A stretch of 64,000 nucleotides of DNA from Moniliella sp. 'wahieum' (GCA_003971905.1 RSEE01000010.1:496001-560000), one strand, 5' to 3'; numbered from the stretch's first letter, positions 1 to 13,098 are shown. The notes: generated by a model not told the origin, from the letters alone. Program-made: numbers and translations.

Positions 1-5
1 TTCCC

Positions 6-112
6 GTGAGATCAATGCCGATTCCAGTGAAGTCAATGCCGATTACAGTGAGGTCAATGCCGATTCCAGTGAGGTCAATGCCGATTCTACAGTGAGATCA
101 ATGCCGATTCCA
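6..112. repeat. 21-bp tandem repeat, about 5 copies, consensus GTGAGGTCAATGCCGATTCCA
   Basis: Repeated units are directly visible, with a few substitutions and one 2-bp insertion. Confidence 0.9.
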
Positions 113-954
113 TGAGGTTCTTGGAGCTCAGAACGTCGGTCCCGTTCCGCCCCTGCCGTTCACGCCTCCCACTGTCATGCAATCATGCACCTCAGGCTTG
201 ACCTCAAGGTACACTCCAGCGTGTAATGCTGCCTAACCAGTGACTAGCCAGGTCGGCACAGCTCTCTTCTATATCCGGACCTAACCCACCTCTCAGGACC
301 TATAGACTCCCATCCTTCTCTGGCCCCAGCTGAGCTGACTAGCACTCCCTACCGCGATGGTAGTCGACCGTGTATATATAGTACCTTGACGTTCATCGTT
401 GGCCGAGGGGTGTCCATCAAATATGTAGCAAAAGTTCTGGGCTCTTTTAGAAGCCTATAAAGTCTCTGTTGTCTCTTCTGACCTCGGTCTCACACGAACA
501 ATGCCGAGAACATATCATTCTTTTTCAGCATATTCGTCTCCATCTTCTTTCAAAAGTGTATATGGAAATGATGAGTGAGAAGCACAGACGCAATCCACCA
601 TCCACTGTAGTACTAATATAGCCTCCATATATGTACTCACATGATGCGGGGAGAGTAAGGGGGGGGGGGGTGCTATCCGCCAAAAATACAATAACGTGGA
701 GTGGATGCGCCGCGCGTCCAAGAGTACCTCTATTATATATCAGTACATCAGTAGAGTGTAGAGCAACCGAATCCGAACTCCACGCATCACCCTCTTCCCC
801 GGGCAGTGCACCCCCCAACACAAAGAAGTCAGTTTCCCCTCAGTACTAGAGAACGTCCATTTCATTGGCAGACTTAAGAAGGCTGGGACAGGGGAACGCT
901 ACGTCTAAACCTAACCGTTCATCTTGCGGGGGTTACTTAGGGGCGCCACCAGGG

Positions 955-1380
955 TCAAGGAACCAGGGGGATCGCCAGGATATCAGGACCCTCCGGCTCA
1001 CGCCATCCGGTCCCGTACCCTAGGAAGCGCGTATGGACACGGAGGAACGTGGTTGACATCCGAGCGAGGAACCATTTCCACTGAGACTTAGTAGCCAACT
1101 CCTTCCAATGCACAAACAACTTGCTCGCCGTCTTGGTGCCGTAGTATCCTCGCGTCGTCAAAACCAGGGGGAAAAACGTCTCTTGAGTGCGTCCCTGGTA
1201 CTTGGCGTTCTTCTCGCATTCTGCTTGTTCAAGCATCCGAAGCAGCTCCTTCTCCCGGCGTTCCAAGGGGGGTTGCGGTGCTCGCGTGCACCACCCTCCG
1301 GAACGCGCTCTGCGCTGCCAGTGATCCTATATAATGCTCTACTGTTCCTCTCGTCTATAAAAGTTTTTGCCACTTGAAAT
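955..1380 (-). mobile_element. Degenerate 3' fragment of a non-LTR retrotransposon with a restriction-like endonuclease (CRE clade, Cnl1/MoTeR-like)
   Basis: Minus-strand peptides 'ERNSRA.YRITGSA' (decayed R-x-D-I motif) and 'AECEKNAKY...FFPLVLTTRG...LFVHWKE...LARMSTTFLRVHTRFL' resemble the RLE C-terminus (E..K..KY, F.P.vl.T.G). No RT domain is seen upstream. Confidence 0.6.
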
Positions 1381-1966
1381 GAAAGAGACAGATTTTTGTG
1401 TTAGACGTGGTACATGTTAGGCACAGTCTCTCGCTCGAGGCCCCACTGTCTTAATATTTGCTGTGACGCGTGACGGCGTTCTCGAAGCTCTCGACCCTCT
1501 GTTGGTCCCCTGGCGACTTGAACGCGGGGGTAACCGGTAATGGGTAATGGAACGCGTAGCTAGAGCACAATATATAACTGGCATAACCTCCTGGCGCGCG
1601 GTAATACATACGGCACTCTGCCCTTTTAATTGTATTTTCGCAGACTATTCGATCGTTGTGGGACCACACTACGCAGCGGTACTAATTGTACAACCGCTCT
1701 CCTCCACAGCTGCCCGCCCAGGGGGCGCAATTTCCTCTGCTCCTTGGGCAGCACTGTGCGCCTTGGCGTTTTTGTGGCGCGCACCCGGCACTGGCATTGT
1801 ATCTGTCGCCTAGTACTGACAACTGGCATACCCGCGGCAGGGGCACACGTCGGCGCGTGGCTCGTGGCTCGTGCGCCTTATTATATATATAGGAAAAGTG
1901 CCTCCGTCAGAGTTAATTCGTTCGCACCACCATCTCTGTCGTTAGAGTCGTTGTCGCTACCGCATC

Positions 1967-4790
1967 ATGGCTTTGCACGCAGCGCTTACTCCACCTCGGT
2001 CTCGCACTCAGCGGCGACGCAATCAAGCGGCTCGACAGGACAGCAGCGCCGCAAAACCCGTGTTGCAGTAATGACTTCGGGGCGGGATGCGGCCGGAATG
2101 AACGGCGGCAGTGGGCTGTGGTCAAGTTTGCAATCTACAAGGGGTGCGAAGCGTATGTTATCCGGGAGGGCCTCTCGGGATAGTATATGGAAATGCCAAT
2201 GCCGAGCCTGTAGCCGCGTGTCAGCCCCCTCGCCAGCCCCGCCGTTTCGACCGCGGCGAGCCCGGCACTCGGACCCAAGGCGAATGTGGACCAGATCCCC
2301 GGCATCTCAATTGGTACGGGGGTACCGCTATCCCTGGGAGAAACCTTACAGTCGCCATCAGCGCTTTGTTCCGACTTATGGCTACGGTGAGCTCCTACGT
2401 GAAGGTGTAGGTGGAGCGTCCGATACTGGACTGAAGGGACGCTACATTATCCGCGTTGGGTGGGACGACGTTCGGGGCTGGTCCGAGCAGGTACGCATTT
2501 CACCCTCTCTGTATTCATTGTCTTGACTTCATCACACAAGTGTCCTAACACACATTATTACGTTTCTGTGGGGCTTCAGGGAGGAACGTGATTGGTACGG
2601 CACGATGTCAGGAGTTCCGAGAACTTCAAGGTAGACAGAAAGCTGCCCTCAACTTGATTATCAATGGCATCGACTGTCGTTGCCGTCGTCGGGGGTGATG
2701 GAAGCTTGGCCGGGGCAGACATGCTACGCAAAGAGTGGCCGGATCATATCAGTGCCCTCTTTTCCGAAGGAAAAATCACCCAACTTCAGTATGACAAGTT
2801 CAAGCATCTTCGCATTGTGGGCCTAGTGGGATCAATCGACAATGATCTAGCCACAACTGACATGACCATTGGCTGTTCCACCGCCTTGGCGCGTGCATGC
2901 GAGGCCGTCGACTCCATTTCATCCACTGCTGCTCCCACTCGCGCGCCTTGTTGTCGAGGTTATGGGCAGGCACTGTGGCTGGATTGCTGCAGTGCGCCAT
3001 CGCTTCTGGCGCTGACTACATCTTCATCCCGGAACAACCTCCGCTGTGCAATGATTTTCAAGCCGAAGAAGGGTAGGGAGGAGGAGGCAGAGAAAGGGTG
3101 GGCACAGGAGATGTGCCGCGTTCTAGAGAAGCACCGCAAGGCAGGAAAACGCAAGACCATTGTCATTGTCGCAGAAGGGGCGATCGATAAAAACCTCAAC
3201 CCAATCAAGTCTGCGACGTGGCTCAAGTTCTTTCAGAGCAGCTTGGGTTGGATACACGGGTCACCACTCTCGGCCATACTCAGCGCGGGGGGAAACCGGA
3301 TGCAAATGACCGTGTCCTTTCCACCCTTCAAGCCGTGGAAGCAGTCAAAAACATTGCTTCAATCTACGCCGGACACTCCCTCGTATGTGATTGGTTCACG
3401 GGAGAGCAAAGTAATTCGGTGTACCGCTCAAGGATGCCATTGAACAGACCAAGGCGGTGGCAGCGGCTATAGCCAACAAACGGTTTGGCGATGCTTTACG
3501 TGCCACGGGGGGATGCATTTCTGAGGACCTCAAGGCTTGGAAATTCGTTCCGAAATCAACCCTGAAGATCAGGTCGAACCAGAGAACCGCATCCGAGTCG
3601 GCGTCATGCATATTGGGGCACCCGCGGGGGGGATGAACGCGGCCACTCGGGCCATAGTGCGGTATCTCCTTTCTCGGGGGCACACACCCTTTTGATTTCC
3701 AACAGCTATCCGGATTACTGGGAGGACAATGTTCAGGAAGTGGACTGGTTGCGTGTTGACAATTGGGGTTCGGGGTGGCTCCGAAATAGGGACAAACCGT
3801 GTGTGCTGCCTTCCATTGACTTTGGAGCTGTGGCGGCTAAGATTCAGTATCATGACCTTGATGGGTTAATTTGATTGGGGATTGAGTCGTTCCATGCTGT
3901 CAAGCTCATGGACGACGCCCGGACTCAGTATCCTGCATTCCGAATCTTGTTGCCATCCTGCTACGTTGAGTAACAATGTGCCAATGAACGACTTTTCCAT
4001 TGGGTCCGATACGGCCCTCAACGCTCTAGTCGACGATGCGATGCCATTAAAAACAATCTGCCAGGGCAAGTCGGAATCGCGTTTTTGTTGTGGAGACGCA
4101 AGGAGGAAACTGTGGCTTCTTGGCCGTCTTGGGTGGATTGGCGACAGATGCTGCCCTCACTTACATCCTGAAATGGGCTTATCGCTCTCCCAGCTCTACA
4201 AAGACGTTGAGTGGCTCAAAAAACGGTACAGTCTCGACCAACCGGGCAAGTCAGAAGGCCGTCTGATCATCCGCAATGAGGAATCAAGTAGTGTTTACAC
4301 AACCGACTGCTGACTTCTATTCTCAAACAAGAGGGGCAGCAACACTTGATGCTCGTTCTGCGACATTGGGCCATACCTTGCAAGGGGGCAACCCTTCTCC
4401 TTTGGACCGGTGTCGTGCTACTCGGTTGGCTATTCGCAGTTGTCAGTGGCTCGAAGGGAAGGCTCGCCCGGAGCTTCTGCAATATGAAGAGTGGTCAACC
4501 CCTTCGATGAGGAATGTGCGGGACATTCAGGAAGAGATTCGGACACGGGCATGGGCATGGGAGACGTCATTTTCCATACTCGTCAATCCCATCAGAGTAA
4601 TGAGGGATACGACCCAACCTCAGCAGCTATCATCACATTCCGTGGTTCATCAATCGAGATGACCCCAGCCCGGGACATGGCCAAGGAGGCCGACATGAAA
4701 CATCGCACGGGTCGCAGTGCATGGTGGTATGGAGTAAAGCGTCTGTTGACATTATGGGGGCGCGAGCCTCTATTAACCTTGATCCACGCT
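1967..4790 (+). CDS. PFK1: ATP-dependent 6-phosphofructokinase, eukaryotic two-domain type (many apparent frameshifts; intron 2491-2579; end approximate)
   Basis: Motifs [91 protein letters not shown] and [14 protein letters not shown], spread across frames. Confidence 0.93.
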
Positions 4791-5547
4791 GAAGCCCATC
4801 TCACATCCTGCTGTGTATATCTGCGCTCCCCCCTCCCAGCGACAAAAACAATACCGCATGAAAGGACTCAATCCGGTAAAGAAATACGAAACATGACGTT
4901 GTGATACGTTGGAGAAGATAAGGCGTCTTCGTTTTAAACGAAGCAACAAGGGACGATCATTGGCTCTGCCCCACTCGTCAGATGTCGAGGGAAAAGCACA
5001 ATTCCACCATATATACAAAACAACGAGGTTTGTAGTTGTAACACAACCGCGTCCTGCAGAAGGATTTGCATGGGTGAGAATTCAAACCGGACCTCACAGC
5101 GGTTGGCGGTGGGACGGTGGACGGGAATGGTGGCTACGGTGGCTATGGTGAGCCAGTACGAAATCCGGGCTGTAATAGGTCTGTGGTGGTCTCCGAGATG
5201 CGATGTTGGTGCTTAAACGATAATTTCCCAACCCGTCCGCTCAAGAAATGGAGGCGATACAACTTTCTCTCAGGCAAAAGTCGTACCCTTATTAATATTG
5301 ACGTATCCATAGTATAATTCCGAAGAACGCACATTTCTGTCCTTCTTCGTCCCTGAGTTCCCCATGTTTAATTCACAACCATTCCCACGATCCATCAACG
5401 CCCCTGGCGCCATTGGCCCTTGCATGCCCGGTAAAGCTGAGGTGACATGATGAAAAGAAGACAAAGACCAGAGGAGAGAGAGCTATACTATAATAGAAGT
5501 GTGGAGGGGTTTGCCTATACTGTGTGTGGATTGACGAAGGTGGAAAC

Positions 5548-5728
5548 TGTCACAGTCGGGGCTAAGGCGAGGGAGACCAGGATCGGACTAGGCCAAGGGG
5601 TGTAGCAATCGTTCGTGGGGAAGAAGCAAGAACAGAGGACATGGTGCGAAGTGGAAGGAACAGGGAAGGAGCGAGACGCTCGAGACGAAGAAATTGGAAA
5701 TGGGAGCGAGATCAGCCAAACTATGACA
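5548..5728. mobile_element. Solo LTR (181 bp, TGTCACA...TATGACA) with 5-bp target-site duplication GAAAC
   Basis: TG...CA termini with a short terminal inverted repeat. GAAAC at 5543-5547 and 5729-5733. Homologous copy at 23587-23769. Confidence 0.85.
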
Positions 5729-5829
5729 GAAACGCCGATGCATTGACAAAGACAGGAAGTGAAGAGACAGATTGATCTTCGTGTGGGAAAGTGAGCGCGC
5801 AGCGCGTATTATACTCAGTACTCCGACAG

Positions 5830-6210
5830 TCAGGCCTCAGGCCTCAGGGCCTCACCTGCCAGTCAGGCTCGCCGTACGGCCCCCGTCTTCGCTCGTGACG
5901 TGTGACGTATGACGCGTGACATGTGACAGCGCCCTCTCTTTCGAACTGCGTGGTGCGGAGCAGGTGGTGGAGCTTCGACGGGGCACAGTAACTAGTAACT
6001 AGTAACTTTTCTCTAGTACCGCGTACCGCATAACGCCACAATTACGCCTTGCGCACACATCATGCCGTCCGGGCGTTTTGCTCTTTATATACCCGGGAAA
6101 TATCCCTGGAAATATATGATTTGAAGCTTCAAGGGACGAATGATTAATGATGTATGATTAATGATGTATGATGCATGATGATGCGTGACGCGCTGACGCG
6201 TGACGCGTGG
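5830..6210. repeat. Clusters of 7-bp periodic TGA/TCA-N4 arrays (5830-5854, 5896-5926, 6122-6210)
   Basis: For example TGA TTAA TGA TGTA TGA TTAA TGA TGTA TGA TGCA TGA, and TCA GGCC TCA GGCC TCA. Confidence 0.8.
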
Positions 6211-7237
6211 CGAGCGGGCGCCACAATGTTTGAGATCCGCGCCCTATCTACCTTCTATCTCGGGCCGACATCCAAAATACATGTGCATAGGAAGGTACAT
6301 ACTGCTAGGCACGAGTGTGTGAAAGACTTGGCTGCTGTGCTTAGACTTTAGGGTTAGGTACGTTAGACGCACGTTTAGACGTTGATGCAGTGGAGCGTGG
6401 AGCGCTGAGCTCATGCTCAGCTGACATGCATTGAACGCTTTTCTGCATGATACGTCGATGCATAGTCGCCGCGGTCGATGGCGTCGATGCTCGATGCTCA
6501 ATGAATTTGACGGATATTGTTTCTCGCCGCAAAACAGGTGTTGGGTTTATCGAGTTTATCCATTAACATATCCATCCATTTTTAACGGATTGTCGAGAGA
6601 ATCCGGCGGTTAGAGTATCCTAACCTAACATGTTTGGAAGACATCAAAACGCTTCAGCGCGCCGTTATACGCGTGCGGGGTATTGGCATCGGCCACCCAA
6701 CGGCACCTCTCCACAGGGATATCAAAAGAAGCCAACCCCTAATTCGGGCCAGAGGCTGCGAAACAAGGGACACACAGAAAAACGAGGAAACATCGGACCA
6801 CACACCTATTGACCTGTGGAGCTTGAAGAGGGCCCTAAAGAACCTTGACCAGAAGTCCGTGCCACTCCGTACGTCGGAAGCTCTGGTCAATTTCTTTTAC
6901 ACCCAATGATTAATGAGATGAAGGGAGCTAATTGATATTAGACCATTGGAAAGAAAAACAAATGCCGGTGAGGAGAGACAGAGATCAAATGCTGATGAGC
7001 ATTTGAGCTATAAGGACATAATGACTTTCCAGAAGGTTGATGGGTTGTCCAAGCTGGCTATGTATATCATGTAGGGGCTGCCTTCACACACAGAGAGAGA
7101 GAGGCAACCAAATATTTGAAGAGCATCTGATGATCCGTGGTGATGGTAAATAATAAATCTAGGCCAGTGTCTTAAAGAAAATGAAGCAATCCCGAACAGA
7201 GAATGAAGAAGGGACTCAGAATCCCACCCTCGCCTCT

Positions 7238-8483
7238 TCATCTGCTGTTTTGCTCTGATGCAGCGAACGAGAGGGGCTGGGTTAGGGTCACTGATGAAGG
7301 ATCGTGCATCTGCATCACCTGTGTCTCGACCGTGAAGGGGACGTTGCCCACACGGTTGGGAAGGGAGGGGAGGGTCGAAAAATGGGTTATGGAGCTGCGC
7401 TCACACTCTTTGATTGCAGATGTGTTCTCCATCTCGACTTGATCAACCACGGCTTGGGTGACAGTAGAAATTTGAATCGTTGCGGGGCCTTCTTGTTTCC
7501 CACTACCGCATGAGAGGGAGGGGTATCCCGCAATACCTTTCAAGTCCAGGCCACCGCCCAGCTTCAGCAGCACGAGACGGTATGCACAAATGGCGGTAAA
7601 AGCATTGGCCATGGACCCATTAATGCTGGAAAAAGTCCAGCGCTTGCCGAAAAAGACCGCGTTGAGCAAGTTGATAGAGAGGGCACAGAAAAAGTAGATC
7701 AACCCGTCAGACATAAGACGTTGCTGTACGACCTTGGTCAACACAGTTTGCCTGGTAATATTAACCCCCCCGTGTGCGTCAAACAAGAAAGAGGCAAAGG
7801 CAAGCGAAGTGATGAGTGTGTCGAAGACAATGTTGCAGACAAAGTATGCCCACGGAATTTCGTGTCCTGGCATCGCGTAGACACACACACCCAGGTTAAG
7901 CGCATACGGGCGAAACCAGTTGTTGAGGACAATATTGACCACAAATTGGGCCAACCAAAGGAGCGCAACGACTATCATAATATAGCGATTGCGGTGCCAC
8001 ATGGCCCAAGTTCGTACGGAAAAAATGAAAGAGGCGGAGGAGGTAATAATGCTGCCGAGAAAGACCGACGCACGCCCCACATGGTAACACTCTTGAGTTG
8101 TCCAAGAAGGTTTTCGAAGGGCATTAATGTAGAGTCCGATGCAAATTGGGCTTGTATAGCGCGCGATAAGAAAAGCTGGAGTGACAAGCCATTTGAAACC
8201 CCGCTTCCTATGCATGCGGATCTCAGCTGGAAAGGTGATAAGTATGCTTCCAGAGGAGGTTATGTGTCAGCAGAGGTGCAGGCGTAAAAATGAAAGAGGA
8301 TAGGATGAGAAATGGAGAAGGGGTAACGGCGTACTCCCACAGCAGAAAAGCAAGAGCAGCACCTAGGTACATACCCCGCACCAAGTCCTGTTCCAATAGC
8401 CAAGTTGGAACAGATGGGGGCAAATGCACCCTCACTCCGGGCGCAGCATGCTGCATCATATGGGTAGGTGGGTTGTCAGCCAT
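7238..8483 (-). CDS. Multi-pass (about 7 TM) membrane protein, DUF6533-type basidiomycete family; one intron ~8257-8334
   Basis: Splicing gives 'LAFLLWDILITFPAEIRMHRK..KWLVTPAFLIARY', matching the W/YD.llTf..Ei..iw....lflinRY pattern. Later RTWAMW and DGLIYF motifs and several hydrophobic segments. TATA-like TATATAAA near 8583-8590. Confidence 0.75.
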
Positions 8484-11253
8484 ATGCGCAAAGGTGATGG
8501 CGATCGTGTTGGTCGTGATGTGGGGGGAGAGGTAGAGAAAATGAGAAAATGCCAGCATGAACGCGCGAACGTTACCTCGACCTTTATATACACTTGAGCG
8601 CTTAATGAAGCTTAAACGTTAAACCCCCACAAACCGTGCCAAACCCTGAAAGTGACGAACGTACATATCGTGAGTACCGGAGAGCATTTGTGTACCGAGT
8701 TATTCCTGCGGCCCTTAGGCCTAAGGCCGGAGGGGGCTGGAGACACAATCTTCACAAAAGTGGCCGACACCCAATCTGAGGACTTGAGGCCGGTGAGGCT
8801 CGCGCTCAGGGATCATCAATCATCGATCATCGATCATCGTTCAGACCCTGCATTAGGTCCCACAGGCCCCACTAGTGAGTACAGTGAGTGCTGTCACTCG
8901 ACACGCGTCACGTAGGCTGATCATCGAGATCATCGATAATCGATAATCGATAAATGACCCCAGGCGCCACAAGTGGCGCTTACGCAGGGGCACTGTGCTT
9001 GCCACACTTCGAGTACCTCGTCGATGAGTCCACGTATGTATACTGTGTGCTGCACTTCTTTTTGAGGATTGGAAATTATGAGAAAGCGAGAGAGAATGAT
9101 TCACAATATCCACAACCATCACGCATCACTACCTCTGAGATCTCAGTGAGATCCGATGCACTCAGACTCAGCAGTTGAGTACTCATGGTGGGGCCGAATT
9201 AGATCTTCAAAAGCTTTTCAAGCTCTTCAACATTCAATAAAGCCTCAAGCTTCAAGCTGGAATGAACGTACCACTCCACAGGCTGTGGCCTGCTGTGGCT
9301 CTTGTGGCACACGGCAATATCCATCTTGTATCTAAGAGGTGGACGAGGCGGAGTCGATCGATGATCGATGGTATAGATGCGCGGCACGGTTCAAAAGAAA
9401 CCCCCTAATGTTGCGTTTCGCATTCATCTAAATATTTACAGAAGTACGGCTGGGACAAAAGAAACGCTCTGGGCGCCTTCGGTGCTGCGCGTATAACCAG
9501 CTAACACACCCGCCGCGTCCTGCTTGCTCGTGTCATTCGTGTCATGCATGTCAAGTATGTTAACCCAATTGGGAGAAGTGGAGCTAGTGGAGGGTAGCGC
9601 GGAGAAATGAAAAAAGTGGTATCTCCATGTGACAACATATGACAGCAATGAATAACGAGGAAGTGCTATTCGATGATATTCGTATTTCTATATCGGAGGG
9701 TGCAAAAGAAAATGCCAACAACCCTCTTTTGCCCGCCGACCTGCACGTGGTGGGTGGGTGGGGCTGGCTACGCCAACGATCGGGCATATGACAGAGTCGC
9801 GTCGACGCGTCCCTTCACTACCTTAAAATGCCCCCTATCCGTGCTCACTGGCGGTGCCCCCATTGCCGCATCAACGAACACACTCGCGCACAGTGCCCCT
9901 ACAATCACGCCGAGAGTAATACCGTCATACCCTCGCCCTGGTCACAAAAGGGTGCCGACTGCCCACATGCTTATTTTGCAAGACGGATGACCACCCGACG
10001 CGTCTCTGCCCTGCCCCTAGCTCTCGGTTCGGATCATCTTCCAATGATCTATAGCGTTTAAGCTCGATAGGGTGGATGGGTGTGTTATTTCATGCCTGTC
10101 ATCCTATGGGGACTTCACTACTGGCTCAAAGGGAGCAGTGATGCAAAGAGTACCCGCGATAATAGCACAACAGGCGGAGTGGTGAAACAAGGCGAAGATG
10201 TGGAGAGCAATTGGGGCCTGTGGGACAAAAGAGGGGGGGGAGGTGGAAAAGGTGATCGGTGGACCAGAGGTGGTGGGCTCGACCCATGTAACGTGATACG
10301 ACGACCCCAGTGGGCCCTGCCAGGGGCTCTCACCCAGGTTGATGGGGTACAATCCCTTAGATGAAGGACGATTCACGGTAGTTTCGGGTTTGGGTTATTT
10401 GGTGGCGTGAATCATCAGTTGGCCGGAAACCGTCAGGAGTTGGACAAGAAAGGCGGGAAGGGACGAGAATGGAAGGTGGGATAAAGGATCCCCACTGCTG
10501 ATTGAGGATGCTGACTGTTGGTTGACCCCTTTTGGTAACCCCCTTCTGTCTAAGCCCATCGCACCAGTGGCATAGATGTTGACAGAGCGAAGCAGACGAA
10601 GCTGCTATAGAGTGCGACTTGGAGCACTCCCGATCCTATGGATGAGCTGCAAAGCAGCCTTCAGACAGGCGTAAAGGCAAAGGGGTGAACACAAGTCTTC
10701 AAGCAACATCTGAAGGAAAGGAGACAGGAGAGAGAGAAAAGGGAGATGGAGCGAGCAGGGCGTGTGCGGCCTGCGAGCGGAACTCTTTCGACCGGCTAAG
10801 CGAGAGCGCCACCGATCCACGGAGGGTGGGCGCAGGGGAAGTCTAGCACTGCCCCCCAACAGAAGCAAGCGAAGACTGCCAAGGCACTAAGAATATCATC
10901 CGATAGCACTTCCTCGTAAATTATTGCACTGGCACTGAGTAGTACAGATTGAGTACGGGGGCCTCTTGGGAAGACCTACCGTATCAATTGTAACGCTTAT
11001 CCCTATCCCCGTGTGAACATCATTGTCAACACGCAAAGTGGGGGCAAACTGTGTCGTATATAGTAACTGCATCAAGTGCGCGCTTCTACCGAATTTGAGA
11101 ACAAAACAGGCGAAGCCTTGGGCCTGGCCACCCATGTTGATTTCTTCTTGTAAAACCACATCTTGTAATGGTCAACGATTATCGATTAGGGATCATCGGC
11201 GGCACAGCACAACATTCCATTCACGTATACACGCCCCGGTCATACTTGACACG

Positions 11254-12326
11254 CTAGGGCGCGTTGATCACGATTTTCCCCAAGGCACGGTTGGTCAGGA
11301 GACGCTGGTATGCGTCCTTGGCCTCGTCAAACGCAAACTCCGAATCAATTACGGGCTTGATCGACGTAGCGGCGTCAGCAGTGATGTACTTGGCGCCCAG
11401 GACCGGCATCTGGAGTTTGTCAATCATCTCTTCCTTGTATGTCCTTGGCACACCCGAAAAAATCGAGGCAGTAGCACCAGGCGCGCCCGACTCCACAAGA
11501 ACTTTAACACTGCTCCGAGACTCTGGCCTGGCAGCAAGTCCGTTGCCCCGATGTTACAATAGACCCCGTCCTTTTTGAGGAACTTGTCCGACGCGTATAA
11601 AATGCTTAAGTCTCCAACGCAATCAAGCACAGCGTCGAAAGCTTCGGTGCTGCTGGTGGCATGGGACTGCGCCAGCTCAGTGGGGAGCGAAACCGCACGA
11701 TAGTCCAGCACTTCGTCTGCGCCCAGCGACTTGACCACCTTAATTTTTTCCCCGAAGCGGTGGCAGTGATAGACTTGGCCCCAAGGAAGCGCAGGATCTG
11801 GATGAGGATGAGGCCGACACTGGTGCTACCGCCCAGGACCAGGGCGCGGTCGCCGGCCTTGACGTAAGACGAGAGCTTGAGGGCAGTAAGCGAGGTAAGA
11901 GGGAGCGCGGCACCCTGGGAAAAGGATAGGCGCTCCGGTAGGGGCGCAACGCCGGTTGCATTGGAGCATGTATAGGTGGCAATCGTGCCTGGCAGCTTCG
12001 TAAATGCCACGTCAGCCGCATCATTGAGCCCGCATACGCGAGCGCCAATAGGCAGGGTCTTCTTCTGCTCTTCACTCAGGGGGCCGTGATCGGCAACAAT
12101 GCCAGCAAAGTCGCTACCCAGCGTACGGGGCCAGGTTTGCAAGAAAGCTGGCGCGACAGCAGTAAGCTTCCAGTCGACCGGGTTGATCGAGCTGGCGCGG
12201 ACCTCGACTAGGATCTGGCCCTTGCCCGGCTTGGGGAGCGGCATCTTCTTTTTGCATCGTCACCGGCGGCAAGCCCGCCTTATGCACACGCCACGCAGTG
12301 GCGGTGGAGGGAAGAGTAGTGGACAT
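11254..12326 (-). CDS. MDR-superfamily NADP-dependent oxidoreductase (quinone reductase-like, RTN4IP1/Yim1 type); frameshifted
   Basis: PKPGKGQILVEVRASSINPVDWK, LGSDFAG, LVLGGSTSVG, VKSLGADEVLDYR, FDAVLDCVG, IKPVIDSEFAF and RALGKIVI. Confidence 0.88.
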
Positions 12327-13098
12327 GATGGTGAGAGGAAAAAGGCAGCAGGTTGCTTGGCCCGAATCCTTTCGCCCAACTCGTGTGTTAATATGCTATC
12401 GGGGGGCGGACGTAAGGCTATCTACGCTCTTCGATCACTGGGTCGCAGAAGCCGAGATGAACTGCAGCTTCAAGTTTTCTGTAACTTTCCAATGTCAGTG
12501 CAGTATGTCAATAACCACTTCTCAGATCTCACCACTGCTCACCACATCACTGGCACTACAGCACTGCGGACAAAAGGGAACTGGCCGCCGGACGCCCACA
12601 GAGGGCCAGTGCCGACGCAGTCCCGCCGAGGCTGGCCGACTGGCTAAACCCCATGCCGAGGCCGCCCGAGCCTCCGCCGTCGCCCTTATTTCCGGGCCAC
12701 AAGAACCCCTTACAGGCGTGGCGGACTTTGAGGCGGAACACTGGCGCAGGAATTGAAATGTACAGCGGGGGGTGGCAGGCGGAGGCCACGTGTCCAACTG
12801 AAATGAACGCTGGAGGCGTGCCCTTCGTTGCAAGCGGGTTACGTTGGTGCGCGACGCCCACTCAGTGAGTGGCAATCGTGTTGCGTGTTGGGTGTCGCGT
12901 CAGACTAAGCGCTGAGCATCCGACACGACCAGTGCAACCCTATTCTCCCTCCACGTAGCCCGTGCATGACGTAGAGACGGACAGGGGCAGTGTGGGGGTC
13001 ACCCATCCCGTTGCTTCGTCGCTCGCCAGCGTGAAGGCGCGGGGCCAGTGTCGGCACTGGGGCTGCTCTGGGGCCATTGCGAGCATCATGCATCGCTC

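Noticed and set aside
6..112. CRISPR-like array
   Set aside because: Units are contiguous with no unique spacers, the context is eukaryotic and there are no cas genes.
1967..4790. Programmed frameshifting or a PFK pseudogene
   Set aside because: The same indel pattern occurs in nearly all genes and the motifs are intact; sequencing error is more parsimonious.
6348..6358. TTAGGGTTAGG telomere-like seed
   Set aside because: Fewer than two full units; compatible with chance.
6634..6909. 91-aa + strand ORF
   Set aside because: No recognisable motif and no ATG or splice support.
9650..10400. Possible small membrane-protein gene
   Set aside because: Fragments could not be joined into a consistent gene model.
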